NCBI RefSeq assembly: GCF_006345805.1
Contig: NC_043001.1
Span: 130,758,001 to 130,822,000, forward strand
Reading direction: 5' to 3'
Length of the DNA stretch: 64,000 bases
Origin: Octopus sinensis
Taxonomy: Eukaryota
A program made the translations under genes and the position numbers. Below, piece by piece: positions 13,496-25,650 of the stretch (positions are counted from its first letter, which is position 1; every line of letters begins with the position of its first letter). The notes beneath the pieces are model-generated. The model ran no database searches, was not told the origin of the DNA, and saw nothing but the letters and a program-made list of their open reading frames with translations.

Positions 13496-13881
13496 TCCGT
13501 AATAATGAAGGGTGAAATTATTAATTTGGAATAATTATCAATTACACCAAGTAGTCTTCGGCATGTAAAAGCCTCATTCGAGGAAAATTAAAGTAATACT
13601 AAGCAATAAAGGGTTTAGCAACGAATTGCCTTACCACATACCGAATTTAGAAATAGCAGTCAAAGGGTTATAGCTATTTCTTCTACTAAAAAGGGAGATC
13701 TCAGTAAAATGTATGATAGATTGCAGTCAATTCATTCTCTCTTACCTGTTGTGTCTGCCTTCCAATTGCTGTTTTTACTGAGATCTCCCTTTTTAGTAGA
13801 AGAAATAGCTATAACCCTTTGACTGCTATTTCTAAATTCGGTATGTGGTAAGCAATTCGTTGCTAAACCCTTTATTGCTTA

Positions 13882-13885
<4 letters not shown>
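13490..13885. mobile_element. Probable Penelope-like terminal segment with a 113-bp inverted repeat
   Basis: Arms 13596-13708 and 13773-13885 are reverse complements apart from one indel, with a 64-bp spacer; embedded in (TA)n. The Penelope call is by analogy. Confidence 0.55.
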
Positions 13886-13930
<45 letters not shown>

Positions 13931-13932
<2 letters not shown>

Positions 13933-14313
13933 TCTTTACTCTCTTTTTACTCTTTTACACCACCTTTAGTTGAGCAAATCGACCCCAGGACTTATTCTTT
14001 GTAAGTCAAGTACTTATTCTATCGGTCTCTTTTGCCGAACCACTAGGCTACAGGGACATAAACACACCAGCATCGGTTATCAAGCGATGTTGGAGTGGGG
14101 GGGGGTAAACACAGACACAGAAACACACATATATACATATACATATATATGACAGGCTTCTTTCAGAGTCAGTCTACCAAATCCATTCACAAGGCTTTGG
14201 TCGGCCCGAGGCTATAGAAGAAGACACTTGCCCAAGGTGCCATGCAGTGGGACTGAACCCAGAATCATGTGGTTGGTAAGCAAGCTATTTACCACACAGC
14301 TACTCCTGCATCT
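13931..14313 (-). mobile_element. SINE family A with an internal deletion near the tail
   Basis: Head, middle and tail match family A; the gcatggccgcagtc segment is missing. Confidence 0.85.
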
Positions 14314-14390
14314 ATATATATTAATTAACGTCGTTTAACGTCCGTTCTCCATGCTAGCATGGGTTGGACATATATATATATATAAATATA

Positions 14391-14692
14391 TATCACCGTG
14401 ACCGACCAGGCCATCAGATGTTGTTACACATCGCTGGTCACAATGTGCTTTGCATTATTTTAGCCTTCAAATGATGCCACCCTGCTGGCTAAGCGAGCAG
14501 GCCAACAGAAGAAAGAGTGAGAGAAAGTTGTGGCGAAAGAGTACAGCAGGGATCGCCACCACCCCCTGCCGGAACCTCGTGGAGCTTTAAGGTGTTTTCG
14601 CTCAATAAACACTCACAACGCCGGTCTGGGAATCGAACCGCGATCCTACGACCGCGAGTCCGCTTGCCCTAACCACTAGGCCATTGTGCCTC

Positions 14693-14694
<2 letters not shown>
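14391..14694 (-). mobile_element. SINE family E (head B plus tail E)
   Basis: About 185 nt identical in type to the family B head, then a different tail (cacattgtgaccagcgatgtgtaacaacatctgatgg); second copy at 55235-55541. Confidence 0.88.
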
Positions 14695-14731
<37 letters not shown>

Positions 14732-14738
14732 TATATAT

Positions 14739-14777
<39 letters not shown>

Positions 14778-15461
14778 TATATATATATATAGATATATAT
14801 ATATATATATTTATTATATATATATATATATAATAGATTATCATATACATAGATATATATATATATAAAAGCAACAGTGGCAGTGTTATTACCCACAAGA
14901 TGTTAAATTATCCTCAGTTAAATGCTAGTGATATAAACAAGAGTGCATTTTGCACCAGAAGCTAATAGGAGAGTTTCTCTCATGTAATCCTCTGCAGTAT
15001 AGTTTATTCTAACAGAACATCCACATTTAACTGGGGATAAATATTACCTCTAACTTTTAGATGCCCGTGTACAAAAATGTGCTACCCTACACATGGCCTC
15101 AATTTCAGTCTCACTGTGTAGTACCTTGAGCAAGTGTTTTCTATTATAGTGCCAAGCTAAGCAAAGCTTTGTGAGAGTATTACGCAGGCAGAAACTGAAA
15201 GAATCCCACAGTGTACACAGACACACACATGTGAACATATATATATGTTACTACACATGTGCTGCTGGAGATTTCTTTTCCTTCATTAGACTTTTCTCTT
15301 TTTCCTTTCCAATGAAGGGTTATGCTCAAAACATTGAAAATTCTCTCTTTTTTCTGAGTGTCAAACTAGTACATACCTCGTGCATGTCCTCTTGTTGTTT
15401 GTTATTGTTAATTTTATTGTTTGTTTATTTGATTTGATTATATATATATATATATATGTGT

Positions 15462-15684
15462 GTTAAACAAAGTAACATAACAAGGCCAAGGCAATTTTAT
15501 ATATCTTAGGACATTCATAAATAGAAAGGTGGTCTTACAGCTGTTTCAGTGAAATAAATGATATCCCATCATCAGAGACAGTTTCCATTTTATTTCCCTG
15601 AAATAGCTGTAACACTACCTTTCTATTTATAAATGTCCTAAGAATATGAAATTGCCTTGGCCATGTTATCTTATTTTATTTAAC
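15462..15684. mobile_element. Diverged inverted-repeat unit carrying a hammerhead motif (Penelope-like terminus)
   Basis: Arms about 15462-15558 and 15588-15684 are imperfect reverse complements; lies next to (TA)n. Confidence 0.6.
15532..15579 (-). ncRNA. Candidate minimal type I hammerhead ribozyme
   Basis: Minus strand reads GTCT-CTGATGA-tgggatatcatttatttcact-GAAA-CAGCTG-TA-AGAC: intact core, stem I GTCT/AGAC, palindromic stem III, GUA cleavage triplet; stem II is imperfect. Confidence 0.6.
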
Positions 15685-15872
15685 ATATACACACTCACAT
15701 ATGACCTGCCTTAGACTCCTAACTCATGCTATTATTGAACTGGGAGCTTAACAGTGGTCCTTCCATAGCACTTTCATAGCCTTATCTGCATTTAGGGTCT
15801 TCTGGATACCAAAACATCTCATATTATCTGTTGTGTGTGTGTATATATATATATATATATAATATATATGTT

Positions 15873-16180
15873 CGCCAGCACCGTCTGGCACCTGTGTCAG
15901 TGGCACATAAAAAGTACCCACTACACTCATGGAGTGGTTGGCGTTAGGAAGGGCATCCAGCTGTAGAAACACTGCCAGATCTGACTGGCCTGGTGCAGCC
16001 TTCGGGCTTCCCAGACCCCAGTTGAACCGTCCAACCCATGCTAGCTTGGAAAGCGGACGTTAAACGATGATGATGATGATGATGATATATATATATATAT
16101 ACACGTATATGTATATATGTGTAACCCACCCATGCCAGCATGGAAGGAGGACGTTAAACAATAATGATGATGATGATGAT
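15873..16180 (+). mobile_element. Family C RTE-type tail plus a second partial tail
   Basis: ggaagggcatccagctgtag...ggacgttaaacgatgatgatg, followed by a second ggacgttaaac(aat)gatgatg at about 16122-16180. Confidence 0.85.
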
Positions 16181-16734
16181 AAGAATCTTAGCTAACGGGC
16201 TTCATTGAGGGCTGGTATAGTGGCCAAAGGGTTAACAGCTAGAATTCCATTACTGCTGAAACACTGTTTCCACGATTAAGATTACTCAATGCACAAGGCA
16301 CTGTCCTAGTTCATACAGATGTAAATAAATACCACAAGTAGTTGCAGATTACTACTGGAAGCAACAACAATGTTGTATAATTGACAAGTAATTCTGTTAG
16401 GTCACAGAGTCAAGGTCAAATCTTACCATAAGTAATAGCTTGAAGAGACACTCTTCACAAGTGAATAGAACTAATCATCAATCTAATTAAGACACGTCAA
16501 CGATACAACTGATTAGAAAATGTCAAGAAACTGACTTTATTTATCTCGCTTGCTTTAGATGAATTAATATTAATTGAACGACTGCCTGGCTGACTGATAG
16601 GTACGAAAGTAAGTCAAATTTATTTTCGAAGCTCCTTTGTACTGTGTTTAAAGACAAAGGATATGAAAGGATATGCTGCAGGGAGAACAGTAGGGATCTG
16701 GAAAGAGGAAACATTTCCCTGTTACTCTCTCTCT

Positions 16735-16941
16735 CTTTTACTCTTTTACTTGTTTCAGTCATTTGACTGCGGCCATGCTGCAGCACCGCCTTTAGTCAAG
16801 CAAATCGACCCCGGGACTTATTCTTTGTAAGCCCAGTACTTATTCTATCGATCTCTTTTTGCCGAACCGCTAAGTGACAGGGACGTAAACACACCAGCAT
16901 CGGTTGTCAAGCAATGCTAGGGGACAAACACAGACACACAA

Positions 16942-16972
<31 letters not shown>

Positions 16973-17136
16973 CGACAGGCTTCTTTCAGTTTCCGTCTAC
17001 CAAATCCACTCACAAGGCATTGGTCGGCCCGAGGCTATAGCAGAAGACACTTGCCCAAGATGCCACGCAGTGGGACTGAACCCGGAACCATGAGGTTGGT
17101 AAACAAGCTACTTACCACACAGCCACTCCTGCGCCT
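16735..17136 (-). mobile_element. SINE family A, full length
   Basis: Complete head, middle and tail as in the other young copies. Confidence 0.92.
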
Positions 17137-17146
17137 ATTGTTGTTT

Positions 17147-17375
17147 TTAACCCTTCAACATTTAAACCAACCATATCCGGCCCAAATATTCTACTTATTT
17201 TATGTTCAAACTGGCCAGAGCTGGCCTCTCACGCATACCCTATAATGCTATTCTATAAATAAAACAATTACATCATCATAATCTTGAAGCTTTGGGATAA
17301 TGCGTGACTAATTCAAAATGGTGTAAATGAACAAACATTGCATTTGACAGAATAATCCAAATGCTAAAGGGTTAA
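17147..17375 (+). mobile_element. piggyBac-like MITE (TTAA at both ends, CCC...GGG termini)
   Basis: TTAA-cccttcaacattt ... aaatgctaaaggg-TTAA; about 220 bp, non-coding, four copies in the window. Confidence 0.85.
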
Positions 17376-17512
17376 CCCTTAGATCTACCCAATTCATTCC
17401 AGCTGTGACCATCTCATCTTTTCTTCTTTTTGGTGCTGCGTGGCATCGAAGACCAAATTACCTAATATGTTCTCTTTTCTTTATGATGATGCTACTCCAC
17501 AAGAGGTAGAGT

Positions 17513-18025
17513 ATGGCCTGGTCAGCCTATAATGACATGCATAAGATCTGGTCATCAAATCTAAGTAGAGACTCCAAACTTGAAATCTTCAAAGCCACAG
17601 TCGAACCAATTCTACTATATGGCTCAGAAACCTGGACGTTATCAAAGAAGCTTGAGAGGCGGTTGGATGGAAACTACACTCGCCTCCTTATGAGAGCTCA
17701 AAATCTCTCGTGGAAGCGCCATCCAACCAAAATGCAAATATATGGGAAACTACCACCTGTGTCATCTCTTGTGAAAGGTAGGAGAGTCCAGTTTGCCGGA
17801 CATTGTTGTAGAGCTGAAAAAGAGGTAATTTCTACTCTTCTCCTCTGGAAGCCATCTACTCGCATTACCAGAGGGCACACACTATCCTACCCTGATGTAA
17901 TCTCCAGGGATACAGGCATCCAGCAACAGGACCTCCGTAATGCCATGATGGACCGTGAAGTCTGGCGTAGCATGGTAAATTCCATTGTCTCGACCACGGT
18001 CGAACAATGATGATGATGATGATGA
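17513..18025 (+). mobile_element. 5'-truncated RTE-clade LINE: ORF2 C-terminal 165 codons still open, with (TGA)n tail
   Basis: AWSAYNDMHKIWSSNL...KLEIFKATVEPILLYGSETWTL...RRVQFAGHC...DREVWR is the conserved RTE region after the RT domain; the stop runs straight into tgatgatgat. Confidence 0.92.
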
Positions 18026-18187
18026 CAAGTGGTGGAGGGTGGAGGGACTTCTTTCAAATTTTGCTTATAAAATACCACATGTACAGCATTGGTCTACAAG
18101 AAGTTCTTATAAAAGACATTTGGCCAAATGTTATTGTAACAGTGTTATTGGCCTTTGGTAAAGCAAGGCTTTGGACCTGTAGTATCA

Positions 18188-18495
18188 ATGTAACACTGAA
18201 GACAATAGTACTTATGTAACATTGAGCCTATAAAATTTATGTAACACCAGTACTTATAGTATTATGTAACACTGCGCCCTATAGCATTTATGTAACACAG
18301 GAGCCTATAGTATTATATAACACTGGAGCCAATGACACTTATGTAGCATTGGAGCCTATAGAATTTATGCAGTGCTGGTGCTTATAGTGTTTATGTAACA
18401 CTGGGCCTATAACATTTATGTTACACAGGAGCCTATAATGTTATGGAATGCTGGGAGTATATAGCATTGATGTAACACTGAGCATACATATATTA
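18188..18495. repeat. Minisatellite, about 12 copies of a 25-27 bp unit
   Basis: Consensus ATGTAACACTGGAGCCTATAGCATTT, head-to-tail without spacers. Confidence 0.9.
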
Positions 18496-19249
18496 ATAGT
18501 GGGCCTTGGTGGGGGTGGGGTCCAGGACAACTAGCTAATGTACCCATAACTTAAAGCAGTACTGTTGTACAATGGGGTCAAATCTGGAATCATATGGCTG
18601 TGAACTGAACGTTTTAATAGCATAGTCAAAGCTGCATCCACAAATTATTTTATATCAGTTGGGTGAGTAATATACACAGAAACAGTGTAAAGGTGGTGCT
18701 CCAGCATGGCCGCAGTCAACTGACTGAAACAAGTAAAAGAGTAAAGAAATTTATAATTTAGCCAAAATAAAACCTGATTTATCAAATGAGAAGAAATTCA
18801 ATAAAGGACCATAGCCTGGTAGCTTTTCCAGGCTAGAGGTGAGAGTGTAATTCCTCTGTAGCTTTGAGGCAGAACACCTTACTTTGGAAATAAAATTTTT
18901 AAAGACTTTGAGAAAGCAGATGGTTTGTTTCCCTTCTATGTTTGGCTGCATAAGTCTAACAGGTGTTTCTGCAAGAGTGAAACTGCCCAGATGATGGCTA
19001 GGATGTTGTCTGGAACAGAAACCTGAACTATGAAGATAGAGTGTCAAGATGCCCTGGTGGTACTTTCATCAAACTTCCCATGAAGGCTTAAAATATTTCA
19101 TGGTATGAGCACAAGACCAAGGAGATTTATGGACAGACTCCAGCTTCGTTACATGACTTTTAGCAGTCCCATGCAACTCTTTGTTTCAAGGCCCCTTCCC
19201 TTCAATCAAAATTCATAATCTACACACCTTTTATCCATAGCTATCATCA

Positions 19250-19499
19250 TCATGATCATCATCATTTAGCGTCCGTTTTCCATGCTAGCATGGGTTGGAC
19301 GGTTCAACTGGGGTCTGTGAAGCTGGAAGGCTGCATCAGGCCCAGTCAGATCTGGCAGTGTTCCTACGGCTGGATGCCCTTCCTAATGCCAACCACTCCA
19401 TGAGTGTAGTGGGTGCTTTTTACGTGCCACCCGCACAGGTGCCAGACGGAGCTGGCAAACAGCCACGAATGGATGGTGCTTTTACATGCCACTGGCACT
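19250..19499 (-). mobile_element. Family C RTE-type tail
   Basis: catcatcatttagcgtccgttttccatgctagcatgg...ggatgcccttcctaatgccaacc. Confidence 0.88.
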
Positions 19500-19649
19500 A
19501 TATTTTAGTTTATTCTATTTGAAGTTCAATATTTCATGTTATCCTAAAGAACAACTTTAAAAGTACAACATGTTAAATTTATTTAGGTCTATTACAAATT
19601 TCAATAAGTAAAACTTCCAGATATAAATAAAAGAACACTTTTATAATCC

Positions 19650-19790
19650 AGGCAACTTTCAAAGACAAATATGGTGCACTTTTCAGTTCATAAAATCATC
19701 GATCAGTTCAGAATAATCAAGCAGAGAGCTAAGTTCATGTTCAACAGATATCATAGACAATCCACTAAGTCTGGTACACGTTCATGGTAC
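19650..19790 (-). mobile_element. hAT transposase C-terminal dimerisation-domain remnant
   Basis: Minus frame RLSGLSMISVEHELSSLLDYSELIDDFMN*KVHHICL matches the ERLxxLxxIxIExE...DyxxIIDxFA pattern; a hAT-like terminus (cagagccgtcgctaag) lies at about 19925-19995. Confidence 0.7.
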
Positions 19791-20070
19791 AATGTAATAT
19801 TTTTACAAGAACTTTGCAGGTACAATGTATTATTTTATTTCTTGAAATTTTCAGTTAACATAGTTTAATTCTTGTTCAATATCTTAACCAAAGTAAATAG
19901 ATGACTCATCTATGTACTTTGATCTTAAAATGGGGCCCTTCAACTGCGGAGGCCCCCTGCGACCACAGGGGTAGTGGGAGCTTAGCGACGGCTCTGACAC
20001 ATTCTCTCCTTTTCTGCCATTATTGCTCAGAACAGGGTAAGCTTCATCAGCCACAGCTTCTGTGCTAAGC

Positions 20071-20271
20071 CAGTGCTCCACAACCGGTACACTGCGGCAC
20101 ACTGGTGTGCCATGAGATGATGCTAGGTGTGCTGCAGTGTAACCTGAACATAATTTTTTTTTCACCTGTACTTTTAGTTATACTTTTAGTTATACTTTTA
20201 GTTCAGGTGTGCTGCTGAATTTTGAAAAGAATATAAGTGTACCACAAGTTAAAAAAAGTTGAGCAGCACTG
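20071..20271 (+). mobile_element. hAT/Charlie-like MITE
   Basis: Imperfect terminal inverted repeats cagtgctccacaac and gttgagcagcactg; flanks tgctaagc and tgctgtac only partly match. Confidence 0.55.
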
Positions 20272-21303
20272 TGCTGTACAACAGGGCATTCCGGACGTTA
20301 TATTTTGAAGATTTCTGCATTCTAATAAAAGATGAAAACCACACAACTGCATTACTGATATTGGGAGGAAAAGATAAAATAAAATTGAGGCACTACTAAA
20401 GCTAATAGATTGGTGGGGGCGGGGGGGGGCAGAGATTCCAGGTGCAGCATAATGAGACATATCTATGAAGATAACAAGGAAGACGGTGATTTTGATGATG
20501 CTGTTTGATGATGAAGATGGTGGTGATGATGATGATGCAACTGATGATGATGTTGATAATGGATATGATAAGGATGACAATGATGAGGATGTTATTAATG
20601 ATAATGATTGATATACTGATGATGACAATGATGATGATGAGGGATGATGCTGATTACAGATATGACGATGATGATAATGAAAATGATAATGATGATGATA
20701 ACAGATATGATGATGATGATGACAATGATGGTGATGAAGGATGATGCTCGTTATAGATATGACGATGATGATGATGTTGATTACAGATGTGATGATGATG
20801 ATGATGATGCAGCAGCTTGAAGAAGAATATCATCAAGTGACTGAACAAAATTGATTATCATTCAAGTCAAAGCAAAATGACCAACAAAGCAAGTACTAAC
20901 AATGATTTTAGTCACTCAATCCAGAGGAAGGTAAACTTTTCCTTAACACACTGGCTTACCTTTACTGACCTGGTGTATGTGAACATGTATGTAACTGCAT
21001 GCGTGTGTGTGTGCAGTGTGTAATTCTGTGTTTGTAGTTGTTGCTGTTTAACATGAATGTAGTTTATTTTACAATTGGAAAAAAGCTGTTATGAATGAAA
21101 ACAAGTACAGTTTGAAACAACAAAACTAATAAATAAAGAGAATCATTCCACTGCCACAGATATCACTGTAGAACTTGTACTCATTGTCTCTAGTTCTCTA
21201 TTACACATCCACTAACTCACCCCCATCAACATCCCTGCCGCCAGCACTTCCACCATCACCATCACCAACAACTTTTATCATTACTCATAGCAACATCTAT
21301 CCG

Positions 21304-21306
<3 letters not shown>

Positions 21307-21354
<48 letters not shown>

Positions 21355-21387
21355 GTCTATCTATCTGTCTATCTATCTACTTGTCTG

Positions 21388-21459
<72 letters not shown>

Positions 21460-21601
21460 ATTGTCTGTCTATCTATCTATCTGTCTGTCTGTCTATCTAT
21501 CTATCTGTCTGTCTATCTGTTTGTCTATCTATCTATCTATAGTCTGTCTGTCTATCTATCTATCATCTATCTATCTATCTATCTATCTATCTAATTGTCT
21601 G

Positions 21602-21669
<68 letters not shown>

Positions 21670-21670
21670 C

Positions 21671-21740
<70 letters not shown>

Positions 21741-21760
21741 GTCTATCTATCTATCTATCA
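21307..21760. repeat. (TC)n followed by (TCTA)n/(TCTG)n array
   Basis: Directly visible; source of the SIYL-repeat ORFs. Confidence 0.95.
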
Positions 21761-22154
21761 TTCTCTGTGTGTTAAGAACAAAAAGAACCAACTACAAAAT
21801 GTATAAATGCATGGAAAAATATCCCCCAAAAATTGAAAACAATGCAATAAATAAAACAATGGAAACAAGTAAAATACAAAAAAAAAAACCAAATAAAATT
21901 AAAGACAAAACTTGTCTGACACCACCCTGCCTGCCACCCTCGTCACTCACCCCACCCCCGTTTCCTTCCCCCACCACACCATGCCGCTGTTGCTGCCATG
22001 ATTGCCCTCACCAAACATCGAATCTGACTGACATAGTTTCTCTGTCAATGCATCATCATAAAGCGAAACTTACACTTACAGCCTAAATACAAATAATCTA
22101 ATAGAATGATGAAAAAGAGAAAAAAATATATTACAATATGTAAAACAATACTAA

Positions 22155-22457
22155 CGACGATGATGATGATGATGATGATAGTGATAATGATGATGACGAT
22201 GATGAGGAGAAGGAAAAGGAAGAAGGGGAGGAGGAGGAGGAGGAGGGATAATGACGATGATTGTGAGGATGATGGTGATGATGATAATGATGATGTTGAC
22301 AATGAAGATGACAAGGAAGACGGTGATTTTGATGATGATGCTGTTTGATGATGAAGATGGTGGTGGTGATGATGATGACGAGGAGGAGGAGAAGGAAAAG
22401 GAAGAAGGGGAGGAGGCGGAGGAGGGATAATGACGGCAATGATGAGGATGATTGTGG

Positions 22458-22489
<32 letters not shown>

Positions 22490-23548
22490 TTGACAATGAA
22501 GATGACAAGGAAGACGGTGATTTTGATGCTGCTGTTTGATGATGAAGATGATGAGGAGGAGGAGGAGAGGGAAAAGGAAGAAGGGGAGGAGGAGGAGGGA
22601 TAATGACGGCAATGATGATGATGATGAGGGATGATGATGATGATGATGATGACAAGGGAGACCGTGATTTTGATGATGAAGATGGTGGTGATGATGATGA
22701 TGATGAGGAGGAGGGGGAGTAGGAGGATGACGAGAAGGAAAAGGAAGTAGGGGAGGAGGAGGAGGGATAATGACGGCAATGATGATGATTGTGGGGATGA
22801 TGGTGATGATGATGATGATGTTGACAATGAAGATGACAAGGAAGACGATGATTTTGATGATGATGTTGTTTGATTATGAAGATGGTGGTGATGATGATGA
22901 TGCAACTGATGATGATGATGATGATGATAGTGATAATGATGATGAGGAGGAGGAGGAGAAGGAAAAGGAAGAAGGGGAGGAGGAGGAGGGATAATGACGG
23001 CAATGATGACAATGATTGTGGGGATGATGGTGATGATGATGATGATGTTGACAATGAAGATGACAAGGAAGACGATGATTTTGATGATGATGTTTGATGA
23101 TGATGCAACTGATGAGGATGCTGTTGATAATGGATATGATAAGGATGACAATGATGAGGATGTTATTGATGATAATGATTGATATACTGATGATGACAAT
23201 GATGATGATGAGGGATGATGCTGATTACAGATATGACGATGATGATGATGAAAATGATAATGATGATGATGCTGATTACAGATATGACGATGATGATGAT
23301 GACAATGATGGTGATGAAGAATGATGCTGGTTATAGATATGATGATGACGATGATGATGATGATGATTACAATGATGATGACGGAGATGATTATGATGAG
23401 GATGCTGCTGCAAACGAAGATTATAATGAAGATAGTGATAGTGATGATGGCAGAAATGTTTATGGTAATAACGACAATAATGACCATGATAATGATGATA
23501 ATGATGATGGTGATCATGCTGACACTGTAATTGCAACTGATATTGGTT

Positions 23549-23581
<33 letters not shown>

Positions 23582-23582
23582 G
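22155..23582. repeat. Higher-order GAT/GAG minisatellite, about 5 units of 170-200 bp
   Basis: Marker aggaaaaggaagaaggggaggaggaggagggataatgacg...gaagacggtgattttgatg recurs; the distal block is also found at 20455-20815. Confidence 0.9.
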
Positions 23583-23818
23583 TATTGAAAGACAGTTTAA
23601 GTAAGCAACTCAGATTCACAATCAGATGATACAATAAAGTGAAGCTGATGCTTAAATTTTATTGGGTTTTTTTAAACATTTTATTTCACCCTTTTTAAAA
23701 AATTTTATCTTGCTTTACTTTTTTTTTCAATGCTTTCTTTCATTTTATAATACTTTGATTATTGTTGTTGTTGCTGTTGTTGTTTTTACAGGTTTTTGCT
23801 CTTTTTTTCCCCTCTTAC

Positions 23819-23884
23819 TCAATGAACTGAAAATATGCATAAAAGGAAGAGTTGAAACACGGTTCCCAATCACTTCCGCAACAC
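23819..23884 (-). CDS. Candidate 66-nt internal exon, product unknown
   Basis: Acceptor tattttacttctgtag and donor gtaaga; two frames are open (GVAEVIGNRVSTLPFMHIFSSL or CCGSDWEPCFNSSFYAYFQFI). No homology recognised. Confidence 0.3.
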
Positions 23885-24134
23885 CTACAGAAGTAAAATA
23901 TACATACAACCTCCTCATAATGTCCAGCATCAAAGCAACAAAGAAGCAACTACATACACACATACATACATCAGACAGACAGAAAGACAACAGACAGATA
24001 GATAGATTATATATGCATACATGTACATGTGATACATGTATGTATGTATGTATGTGCATGTCTGTGAGTGTGTCTGTATATATATATATATATATATATA
24101 CATGTAGGTATATATCTATACATACAATACATAT

Positions 24135-24171
<37 letters not shown>

Positions 24172-24175
<4 letters not shown>

Positions 24176-24340
24176 AACAGAGAGAGAGAGAGAGAGAGAG
24201 AGAGAAGAAGAAGAAAAGTGTACATTTTGTATATATGTTGCTACAGACACATACACATATCAATATATATATGTATGTATATTCATATATACACATGCAT
24301 ATATGTGTGAGTGTGTGTGCATGTACACACACACACATAT

Positions 24341-24386
<46 letters not shown>

Positions 24387-24428
24387 TATAAATATATATA
24401 TACACACACATACACACACACACACACA

Positions 24429-24463
<35 letters not shown>

Positions 24464-24878
24464 CACAATATTTAATACTCAAAGTAAATCAACTTGATGA
24501 CCAAAATAATTAGAGACTAAAATAAACAAAAGAAACAAAGAAATCCCCCCCCCGCTTAACTCCTCAGATTTCAACCACATGTAATAAATTTAAAATATGA
24601 TTTAAAAAAAAATATATATTAACACCACCCACCCACCCACCCATATACCTACGATGAAATTGCCAAAGAAAAGAAGAAAAAAAAACACAATTAAATAAAG
24701 CAATGTTATTGAAAGCAAATATAGAACATAGGAAGTGGTGAACTGATAGATTACAATGCCAGAACACTGTATGATATTGAAATATTGGCACTTGTCAACA
24801 ATTCAAATATGCTGAAGGAATAGCTTAACAAAAGTGTGTGTGTGTGTGTGTGTGAGTATGTCTTTCTCTCTCTCTCTC

Positions 24879-24926
<48 letters not shown>

Positions 24927-25091
24927 AACAGAGAGAGAGAGAGAGAGAGAGAGAGAAGAAGAAGAAAAGTGTACATTTTGTATATATGTTGCTACAGACA
25001 CATACACACATCAATATATATATGTATGTATATTCATATATACACATGCATATATGTGTGAGTGTGTGTGCATGTACACACACACACATAT

Positions 25092-25140
<49 letters not shown>

Positions 25141-25159
25141 ATATAAATATATATATACA

Positions 25160-25215
<56 letters not shown>

Positions 25216-25650
25216 CACATATTTAATACTCAAAGTAAATCAACTTGATGACCAAAATAATTAGAGACTAAAATAAACAAAAGAAACAAAGAAATCCCCC
25301 CCCCCCTTAACTCCTCAGATTTCAACCACATGTAATAAATTAAAATATGATTTAAAAAAAAATATATATTAACACCACCCACCCACCCACCATATACCTA
25401 CGATGAAATTGCCAAAGAAAAGAAGAAAAAAAAACACAATTAAATAAAGCAATGTTATTGAAAGCAAATATAGAACATAGGAAGTGGTGAAACTGATAGA
25501 TTACAATGCCAGAACACTGTATGATATTGAAATATTGGCACTGTCAACAATTCAAATATGCTGAAGAAATAGCTTAACAAAAGTGTGTGTGTGTGTGTGT
25601 GAGTATGTCTTTCTCTCTCTCTCTCTATATATATATATACATATATATAT
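24172..25650. repeat. Near-identical tandem duplication, period about 750 bp
   Basis: ttgtaacag at 24172 and 24923; the unique parts differ almost only by single-base indels. Confidence 0.92.

Noticed and set aside
13545-13590. Hammerhead on the minus strand (CGAATGA-GGC..GCC-GAAG)
   Set aside because: Stem II is present, but both core segments deviate and I found no stem I or stem III.
18188-18495. CRISPR-like array
   Set aside because: Units are contiguous with no unique spacers, there are no cas genes, and the context is eukaryotic.
22045-23634. Long His/Ile/Ser-rich ORFs (up to 529 aa)
   Set aside because: Trinucleotide arrays lack stops in several frames on both strands; no non-repetitive domain or splice support.
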